Shown here: positions 53,958-62,679 of the stretch, piece after piece
Layout of the letters: the number at the start of each line of letters is the position of its first letter
How positions within the stretch are numbered: the stretch's first letter is position 1
NCBI GenBank assembly: GCA_022813965.1
Contig: JALDZS010000144.1
Location: 1-62,679, forward strand
Origin: Toensbergia leucococca
Taxonomy: Eukaryota
Length of the DNA: 62,679 nt
Reading direction: 5' to 3'
Notes under the pieces: model-generated
Seen by the model: the letters and a program-made list of their open reading frames with translations, nothing else
Database searches by the model: none
Told to the model about the DNA's origin: nothing
Translations under genes and position numbers: made by a program

Positions 53958-53958
<1 letters not shown>

Positions 53959-54122
53959 ACAGGTTAATGGGCGCACCCCTTGCTTTGGGTTTTGACGTAG
54001 GGGGCGGAAGGGGGGGGTGGACCGGGGTATGTGCTAATGTTGCTGTCCGTGCCAACCTGGAGCCGAAAAGAACGGCAACTTCATATTCGGGTAATGGTAC
54101 ACAGTAGACATCATATGCAAAA

Positions 54123-55000
54123 TCAAGCATGAGATATATGGCTACCGTCATCTCTCACCAGTTCAATCGCAACCCTTACCTTTATTTTCACTCCCCTGTA
54201 AAATCACTCGCTGTCAAACGCTACAGAGCAAAGAAAGCGCAATATTCAAACTCACTTCACCTCAACTTCCCCATTCATATTTCAACGAACTCGAACCATC
54301 GCCTTCAATATATCAAAAAAAAGGTATTCTATCAATAAGACCAAGATCCCGTTCTGATCTTCAATGATACTCGTAATCACCACCTGTTTTCAACAAGCGG
54401 CCCCCCCAATTTGCCGTGACCCTCCCATTCCACATCCTTCTCACCTCCTCACCCCCTAAAACTCTCTCTCAACCCTCACAATTCCTCCAAAAATCCTAAA
54501 TCCTACCTCATCACCACCGAAACCTCCCTCTCGCCCAAAAAAATTGAGAAGAAGAAGAAAATCAAGAAAAATAAACCTAAAATACCACTCACCACATCCG
54601 CGCTTTTCACAAAAATGCCAAAAAAAAAAAAATCCATCGCTGCAATTTCCCCCAATTCTCCTTCCTCCCTCCGTCCCTCTCTTTCCCCCTAATCTCTCAC
54701 CACCCACCACCCGCCCACCCTCCTTAAAACAAAAAAAACACTCTACCCTCCACCCCCATAAAGATTTCCTCACACACAACACCCCCATCCCCACCCATTC
54801 CAACAGCGAAATTGAATAGAAAAAAAACCGTAAAAGGGCTGCGAGTAAAAGAGTGCAGAAAGAAAAAGACTATCAAAACATATTTACCCAATATCAATCG
54901 TATTGACAGCAGGGTAAAAGGGAGTAAGGCAATCGTACACATGCGATAAACCACCCCCCCCACCCATCCCCCCGGTCCTCCGCCGGCTGAGCGCATGTCA
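54123..55000 (-). pseudogene. Degenerate or error-rich gene-like sequence of unknown family
   Basis: Minus strand shows a canonical intron (GTGAGT at 54255 ... TTTACAG at 54196) joining ...DILKAMVRVR*NMNGEVEVK to GVKIKVRVAIELVRDDGSHISHA*. In-frame TGA/TAG stops and long T runs lie upstream. Confidence 0.35.
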
Positions 55001-55487
55001 GGCAACGAGGAAAAACGATATGAACAAAAGCAGCATGGAGGGCCAAAAAACAGGGGCCTACAAACCGAGGAGAAGTTTAGAAAAGCAATCAAAGAATCCA
55101 AATCCGTCACTTCACAAATCAGAAAACGATGAAACAAAAAAACTCGTCGTGTATATCTCAACCCACGCGCCCCCTTAACTGCGTTACTGCTTCTATTTCC
55201 CACCACATCTTCTCCCCCTCTCCCCCAAAACATGAATTTAGTGTGTATTCTGCAACGGCCTTCTTCCAAAAACAAAAAAACCAAAAACCAAAACATACAT
55301 GCAACGGCCCGAATTATCATGGACGCGTGGACAAACCCCATCGCCATCGATGCAAATTCCCGTTATTGCGAAAGCCAAACGAGTTTGCTACCAAATCCAC
55401 ACCGCCGCTACCACCAATCCTCCCAGCAATCTGAACCGCCAGAGTCCAAACTCAACAATTCGGTTTGGAAACCCATCAGACCAATCA

Positions 55488-58093
55488 TCATTCAAATCCT
55501 GCACCCTCTATAGCCAATCGCTCCGTCGGCCTCTCCTCCTCCTCATCCTCCCCTTCCGCATCCTCCTCCCGCCGGCGTCTCTCTCGTTCCCGGCGCCTAG
55601 CAATCGAAGCTCTCTCATCTGCGCAAGCCCAAATGGTCAGTGAGAATCATAGCCTGGAGCCACAGGCGCTCTCTGACCTCGAATGTCAGCCGTTTTAGCC
55701 GCGTACTCCTGGATCTCCTCCTTGGTCAACACGCGTAGCACAATCACGCAGTCGACCCGCTCTTCGAATCTCTCGTTGCCCTCGACCAGCGCTTCTGGGT
55801 TGACGAGTTTGCGGTCGATTTTCGTCCAGCGCGCGTTGGCGGGGACGCCTTTCTTACCGGCGTCTTTGAGGGGAGCGACGCCCTCGCGTATGGGGGCGGG
55901 GTCTTCGGGGAATTGGGGACGTGGAGGACGGAGGATGCCTCTTATTGGTGGTTCGGGCTCTTTTTCTTGGGAGGGTGTGACGACACGGACAACACGGTTG
56001 GGTCGGGGTTCTGGAGACTCGCGGTACTCGTCACTTGAGTCGTCGTCGTACGAGTCCTTATCACGGGTGTGGCGGTGATGGCGAGAGCGTCTACTCTGTT
56101 CTTCGTCAAACTCACTTGCAGAATCCTCATCGTATGAGTCCCGATCGTTTGTGTGGCGATGATGGTGAGAGCTTCCCTGCGGTTCCTCAATTATATCCCT
56201 GTTCTCTCTAGGTCCTCTCTCATATGAGCCTTGCTCGCGAATTACATTCTCTCTCGGTAGTGCTAGATCCTCAACCACTTTTCTTTGCTCCTCTAATTCC
56301 CTTTCTTTTCTTTCTTTCCGTCGTCTACGCCGCTCACGGCGCTCTTCATCACTAAGGTCCGTCGTACCCATAGAGCTCGCATCAATCGGATCCTGCACCT
56401 GAGCCACAGGTAGACGGTCACGAGCAGCTTCACGACTCTCTTGAGAAGTGTCCACGTTTCTCACTTCTTTATCTCGAGCGTCTCTTTCTCTTGGTTCTAC
56501 AACCCTCACGTCTTTGTCGCGAGCCTCCCTTTCTCGCGGCTCCTTATCACGAGGCTCCTTTTCGCGATGATGTCTATGTCGGACACCTTCGGCCGCTGCC
56601 CCTGCAGCGACACCAGCAGCCCCGACTAAAAGGCCATTGCTTACTAAATCATCTCCTCGGTCACGCTTGTCCCGTTGAGGTTCGTCTCGCGCCTTGCGAT
56701 CTCTATCTCCAACATCGTCATGTTCCCTCTGGTAGCCTTTCTCGTAGTCTCGAGCCTTGCGGTCCCTGTCCTCAACATCGTCACGTTCTCTCTGGTAGCC
56801 TTTCTCGTAGTCTCGAGCCTTGCGGTCCCTGTCCTCAACATCCTCACGTTCTCTCTGGTAGCCTTTCTCGTAGTCTCGAGCCTTGCGGTCCCTGTCCTCA
56901 ACATCCTCACGTTCCCTATGGTGACTTTTCTCGTGTGGTTTCCGAGGACGTTCTACAGCGTTCCTATCATACTGATCGTCGTACGGGTCTTGGGCTTTCG
57001 GCTCTGGTCGAATACCATAGCCTCGCTGTTCAACCTCTTCATCGACGGGTGCCTTGCGAGAACTGCGACGCCGTGGATCATAGGCCTCTTTTAAGTCATC
57101 GCGATACAAGCTGTACCCATCATCTAGATCTTGATGTAGATCCACGGCTTGACGTGGGGTCTTTCGTTTCTGAGCAACATCAGGTATGTCACCCGGCCTC
57201 CCAGGGGGGTAGTCTCGTGATCCTAAATCATCATCTCTAGTTCGAAGGTCATGTCTCAAACTTTCAGACCTCCCAATCTTCTCAAATTGTCTGGTCTTTA
57301 CTGACGGTCCTGCGTCCCTGCTCGAAGGAGGAAGTCGTGGGAGATGATCCTCTACACCCGCCATACTTAATGGTCGTTCCCGTTCTAATTTTGCAGAGTT
57401 GTAGTTGTCTTGTCTTGGTCTCTGTTTTGGCGCAGTCTCCCTGTACATTGCATCGCGACGTTCTGGGTATTCATAGCCATATGCGCGATCTTCTTTACCT
57501 TGAGGCTGCCGAACAAGTGGTGCATTCACATTGTACCCGCTGGCCTTGTATCCACCACGCTCTATTCTGTCTCTTGTCTCTTTTTCTCCAGTTGTCAGGC
57601 GATCAAGATCGGCACTACCCAAACTATAACTTGGGCGGTGCTCTCGTCTAGATGAAGAGGATGCAGGCAGAACATAGTAGTCTTCCTTACCCCGAGGTCT
57701 GGCTGATTTTGCTAGGGGACTCGAGGGTCTGTCAATGGCGCTAGTGACAAGCGGTCTAGGACGATTGGGCGAACTGGTACCGACAATGCTTAAAGGCCTT
57801 CGTGTTGATGTGGAGTTGGTGTCTAGGGTCAATCGTCGAGGGCGGGGAGCGTAATCGTCCCTTGAGTTCCTGACCGGGATATTGGCGTCCTTGTAATTAT
57901 GGGGTAGGCTCCTTGGTGGAACGCGCTCTATGCTGCTACGAGATCCAGTGGTCAATTCCCTACTGGAACGAGTTGGGGCGGTGTACGGATCGTAAGAGGA
58001 CGGATACATAAGGGTACCAGTGGAAGATCGAGCGGGTTGTTGGACCAAGCGCCGGCTGCCTGGGGAGGCTGGCCGGGCATAGCGAGGATCCAT
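55488..58093 (-). CDS. Arg/Glu/Asp-rich conserved fungal protein with C-terminal DUF8035-like domain, 2 exons
   Basis: Long ORF from MDPRYARPASP (ATG 58093). C-terminal block GILRPPRPQFPEDPAPIREGVAPLKDA..VPANARWTKIDRKLVNPEAL..ERFEERVDCVIVLRVLTKEEI. Intron ~55677-55619; last exon ends LAIEGAGFE*. Confidence 0.8.
56688..56916 (-). repeat. Coding tandem repeat, 63-nt unit, about 3.5 copies (REREDVEDRDRKARDYEKGYQ)
   Basis: gagccttgcggtccctgtcctcaacatc recurs at 56752, 56815 and 56878, with a diverged partial copy near 56690. Confidence 0.92.
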
Positions 58094-60146
58094 GGAGACA
58101 AAGAATATGGGATTGTGTTGACTTTCGGGCAAGGGCAGTACTTGTGATAGTGTTGTGTTAGGTGGTGCAAATGTTTCACTTGGTTTCCCTCTAGGAATGG
58201 CCGAATGCTTGGCGCGCACAAAAGGATTTACTGGGCAACGTCAGCAATGAAGATATGATGTGTTCAGATAGGGCGGCCATACGCTGTGTCGAGTCGTTTG
58301 TGACATGGTCACCTTAGACGGAAAACCGGACATGAAGAGTGGAAACAAGGGCTTTGAATGAATACTCGCTGATTATGAATGTCAGGTAGAATAGCAAGGG
58401 CAAAAACAGTAGCCAGCCTGCACCTTGAGGGATGTGAAGAGAATAAGGTAAAATTGAAAATGGATGATGAAGCCTTGTGGGTTGATGACGCCGGGTTGTA
58501 CTCCGTATTCCGGCCGGTGGGATAGGCTACGGTAAAGCGTGGAAGGATGTAGTAATTGCTAATACATGCCTATCGGCAGCCAGATGCTTCCATCGAGTCC
58601 AGTACTAGTCACAAGCATCGAGACACATGATTTGTACGGGTTCAACAAGCCAGATACCCTATTCCATGTTTACAAGGCCCAGGAATTGAGGACTGGTGAA
58701 ATTATACGACTGGCTAAAGTAGAGGGTATGATTTACGCCCGACCGGCATGGTTGGACCCTGATGTGCCCTGCTGCTCAATTGATTCTTTCCTTGCATCTG
58801 GGCAGGAGACTTCTTCATCATGACAAAGCCTAGATTGCAATGCCGCCACTATGCTCTCTCTTCATCCGGCCATCATCCGAGTAGCCCCTCCCATCGAATT
58901 CTGACAACCATTGCTTCTCCATTTGTATCATGGAGTAAGGTTGTGAGGATGATCATCGCCGTTGAAAGGCCTCGCTTTCTCCGGGATGAGGGGGCAATGT
59001 CATAAAGGTCAAGCAAGGTGTTTCAGCAGCGTTGATTAGCCAATGTGATTCAGCTATTACCGGCCTAGTTCATCTTGGAGAGGGTACCGATTTGCTCGAG
59101 AGACTTGACGAGGGAACGCATGTAGCTGCGGAATCGTTCGTCTATAAGAGACATCTATGCGACATGCTGCAGGCACCATGATCAGTGCGCCCCTCATTCT
59201 GATATGTCTGGACGTGTGCAAACGCAAGGAAATGGGATCTCATGGAGTCGGTGGGAGTGGTGGTGATTTTAAGAAGGAGTTCTTGAAAGGCGAAGAGGTC
59301 AAGCTAATAGATAAAGTAGGAGAAAGAAATATGGGGGAATCTCCAATTGGTCAGTAAAGGTGGCCGAAGCCCATCCCACTGCATAATGTAGAAAGCCACA
59401 AGATGGGCTTAGCTTTCTCACAGCCAATTGGGTGGCACTCATCTGCCATCTTTGCTCCATAGAACCGGGATGATGGCCTAGCTTGTGCAGCACAAGAAGG
59501 ATGCGCATCCGAAATCAATGCATGAATTGCTTGATGAAGCCAATGGGAGCCAGCCACGAAGGGAGTCGACAGCATTTAGCGAAAAGATGATTCGTGGCCC
59601 AGAAGCATAACGCTGCGAGTTGAGGCATTGGGCAACAAGCACAATACATTGATAGTCTCCAACCAAATGGATCAACATTATCCGTAGAGCGAGCAATGAA
59701 GAAGTCATTCCAGTGAAACGTAGGGTTTTTTAGGTGTTGATGTATTTATTCACGATTGGGTTGCTAGGAACAACCAGAACAACAAGTGAACACGCGCTTT
59801 CAGGGGCTAGACAATTCCACCCCAATGCCCAATTCCCCATTCCCCAATTCACAATTCACATGTCCCGCCCGCACGCCTGAAATTAGCTCTAGCTCTCCAC
59901 CTCCTCTTCTTCCATCTTCTGGTCTCCATCCTCCATCTACGCCTTTATCATCTTGCATCTTGCATACTCTCAATCCTCTCCCATTATCTTCACCCATCTA
60001 ATTGACTTGGATTGAGATCATTACAAGTAGATATCCAACTCGAGTGAAAGGAGCGTGTTGTTGCTTCCAAGAAGTCGCCCTTCACCTTCTTCACCTCACT
60101 CCAGCCCACTCTAGAAGCAAGAGTCCATTCTTGTCTTCCTTTCGAA

Positions 60147-60907
60147 TTGTTACCACAACGGTTCGAAAGGCATTCGAGAAGGGACCCCTTCAAGCCAGTC
60201 AATCTGGACTTTGACGCCAGAGTCCCGATCCCCTTCAGTGTCTTCCCGTCGTCGTACCGGAGCGACGCTGCCACAGAGACTACTCGCGTCCGAGTAGAAG
60301 GAGAGGCCAACCTACCCGCAGGAGCTTCGCGCGTCGGACGGGAAGGTCACGAATCCAAATACGAATCTTTCTCTGCCTCTCTTCCTCACCGCCGAGACGA
60401 TCGTTCCCGCTACGATCAGGAAGATATCAAGCTTCACGCAGAGGAACGTAATTACCGTCCGCGCCGCCAGGAGGACGTCACTGTCTACGCAGAAGAAGAC
60501 CGCTATCGTACAGACCGTACAGACCGCTTCCCAGAAGTCGAGCTCTCAAGAGAACGGTAAGTCAAGTTACCCAAAACTTGTGCTTTGCATAAATCGTGCA
60601 AGGATCCAGTTGACCCAGTAACCTGGTCGAATCTTAAATTACCACGTCGATTGACATCTTCTATCGTCACAGGTTCCGAGAAAGAGAGGTAGAACGAGAA
60701 CCGCATCGCTACACCGAAACTGAAACCAAGCTTGACATCGAGGCCCCTCGTCAAGAAACAAACATCGACTTCACCGAGCGTGACTACCGTCAACGCGTCC
60801 AGCCAACCTACGACGTCGATTACGAACGTCGTCGTCCCCGTGAAGAAGTAAGAGTTGAAGCAAAAACTGAAGTCGAGACCACCGTCGAACAACCTAGATC
60901 ATCCAAA
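60147..60907 (+). CDS. hex1: In-frame N-terminal extension of HEX1 (long isoform), exons 60147-60556 and 60673-60907, putative TTG start
   Basis: A GTAAGT..CACAG intron (60557-60672) joins NLDFDARVPIPFSVFPSSYRSD...PEVELSRER to FRERE...TERDYRQRVQPTY...SSK-MGYYDD without a frameshift. No ATG is present and an in-frame TGA lies upstream at 60045. Confidence 0.75.
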
Positions 60908-61558
60908 ATGGGCTACTACGACGACGAAGGTCGCTACCACTCCATCCGCCAAGGAATTGAGAGAGCTGCCGACCGTGTGTTCCATCCCTTCCACCCCGAG
61001 CATCACCGCACCGAGCGTGAGGAGATCGTCGTTGATGAGCAAGATCGCGGTCCATCTCGAATGCGTGAGGGTGTGCGTGAAAGCATCCGCTTCGTCGAGC
61101 GTGGTGGAGGGCCAAACACAATCACCATCCCCTGCCACCACATCCGCATCGGCGACCTCTTAGTCCTCCAAGGTCGTCCATGCCAGGTCATCCGCATCAC
61201 CACGTCCGCTCAAACCGGCCAGCACCGCTACCTCGGTGTCGATCTCTTCACCAAGCAACTTCATGAAGAGTCGAGCTTCGTCTCCAATCCCGCTCCCTCC
61301 GTCATCGTCCAGAACATGCTTGGTCCCGTCTTCAAGCAGTACCGTGTCCTTGACATCCGCGATGATGGCCGCGTCGTCGCCATGACAGAGACTGGAGATG
61401 TCAAGCAAGGTCTCCCTGTCATTGACCAAGGTGGATTATGGTCGAGACTCAACGACTCCTTTGCCAATGGCCGAGGCAGCGTTCGTGTCTTGGTCATCAA
61501 CGATGGAGGACGCGAGCTTGCTGTCGATTACAAGGTCATTCATGGCTCCAGGCTTTAG
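60908..61558 (+). CDS. hex1: Woronin body major protein HEX1 (eIF5A-like fold), canonical short form
   Basis: MGYYDDEG start, TITIPCHHIRIGDLLVLQGRPCQVIRITTSAQTGQHRYLGVDLFTKQLHEESSFVSNPAPSVIVQNMLGPVFKQYRVLD, and C-terminal PTS1 -SRL. Confidence 0.98.
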   Translation: MGYYDDEGRYHSIRQGIERAADRVFHPFHPEHHRTEREEIVVDEQDRGPSRMREGVRESIRFVERGGGPNTITIPCHHIRIGDLLVLQGRPCQVIRITTSAQTGQHRYLGVDLFTKQLHEESSFVSNPAPSVIVQNMLGPVFKQYRVLDIRDDGRVVAMTETGDVKQGLPVIDQGGLWSRLNDSFANGRGSVRVLVINDGGRELAVDYKVIHGSRL

Positions 61559-62438
61559 TTATGGCGTACAAGTGTAAGTTCTGGCGTGACCCTGTTTGAA
61601 TGCATGCTCACTCGCAACAGACCCTCCTCACCAACGTATATGTCTCTCGTCCAGGATATCTCTGTTGTATCTGGTGCTTGGATACCTCCACCATTGACCG
61701 CCTTGAGCACATAGCTATTGGATTTGTATTAATTGAATCTAAACTGGAGCACGTATGTTGTTGGAACAAAGGGGCAGAGCCTGTGCGAAAATGGCATTGT
61801 CTTGTAATTTGAAATCAGATTGTCATGCAAAAAAACGTGTTACCTTGAGAAGAATTGTCCATGGTGTTTTTTCTTGTCCTCAAGGTTGATTGATAGTATG
61901 ATAATTGAACAGTCTGTTGTGTAATGATGTGTGCTCGCTTATATTTGAGATGTGACTATTCGATCCGATGGATGAGGATTGTTACATTGTGAGCCCGTTC
62001 CCTGGCTTTGGCTCGGTACGTCTGGCTCTAGGGAGTCAAGTGCCTGTATTTCAGCCGAGTCTACCTTACTACCTATGGACTTGGATCTGCATGCAAGGGC
62101 ACTCCCAATTACCTAGACAATTGTAACGAGAGCCAAACGCACTCCTTCCCCTTCTCTCATTCCCTTTACTACCCGTACATATCAGTCTCACAGAACTAAC
62201 AGCCCTGTTCTATCTAAACGCAGAAAGCTCTCTCCGCCAAATCCCTCAGGAACAGCCCAGACGCCTTCTCCCCCTTCCCACACTTCCCTCAACCACCATC
62301 CACACCCGCCACAGCTGAAACGCCGCCAATAAGCTCAGCTCCTCCCTCACAACACCGCCAGAAACATCCATCCGCCCTTGGAAATGTAAGGCTCAGCAAC
62401 AACAAAGTTTGGGCGTTAAGCACTTAATACAAAGGATT

Positions 62439-62679
62439 TCATCGATCTTTATTCGAAAAGGGGCCGGATATCCCTCCTGTGACCTGACAGACAGAGTCGT
62501 AGGGATTGATGATTCTTTGAATCTGCGTGCATGGTCCATTACATATCAGTTGTTTGTGAAGGTGTCTACCTCATCTTGACCGATCACGAAGCTTCCGTCA
62601 GGAGGGAAAGCATGCCAGAATCGACCGAATGGACGTAGATTGGGGAGTTCTTTGGACCCTAAAATGAACCAGGAATATG
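62439..62679 (-). CDS. Possible 3' end of a gene extending beyond the window
   Basis: Minus-strand frame ...YSWFILGSKELPNLRPFGRFWHAFPPDGSFVIGQDE, a plausible GTAGAC..CTGAT..GCAG intron, then IQRIINPYDSVCQVTGGISGPFSNKDR*. No recognised family. Confidence 0.3.

Noticed and set aside
56491..57240. Plus-strand ORFs with repeated Cys/His or hydrophobic units
   Set aside because: Antisense shadows of the 63-nt coding repeat on the minus strand. Not a CRISPR array: no spacers, and the context is eukaryotic.

Overview
Eukaryotic, intron-rich genomic DNA from a filamentous ascomycete. HEX1 (Woronin body protein) indicates Pezizomycotina; the class cannot be fixed from this window. The window opens with an AT-rich, RIP-like mutated piggyBac transposase relic (~30-1700). 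About 15 spliced housekeeping genes follow: a sterol-esterase/lipase, a metallo-beta-lactamase-fold hydrolase, DOA1/UFD3, a STRAP-like WD40 protein, an ALY/Yra1-family RRM protein, a conserved unknown protein, a CTI6-like PHD protein, a Red1/ZFC3H1-like zf-C3H1 protein, type II myosin, an unknown protein, SPT8, an Hrr1/ZNFX1-like helicase, a Q/P-rich protein with two related domains, a charged repeat protein, and HEX1. The most notable observation is at HEX1: it has a spliced, in-frame ~215-codon N-terminal extension with no AUG, and the 1045 nt before its canonical AUG contain no ATG in any frame, which suggests non-AUG (UUG) initiation plus leaky scanning. Other highlights are a ~440-bp fold-back/MITE-like element between SPT8 and the helicase, a recurrent intergenic TACGGAGTA motif, a GC-AG intron, possible unproductive alternative 3' splice sites, and a strand-asymmetric degenerate gene-like region beside a T33 run. 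Exon boundaries were read by eye and family assignments come from recalled motifs, not database searches.
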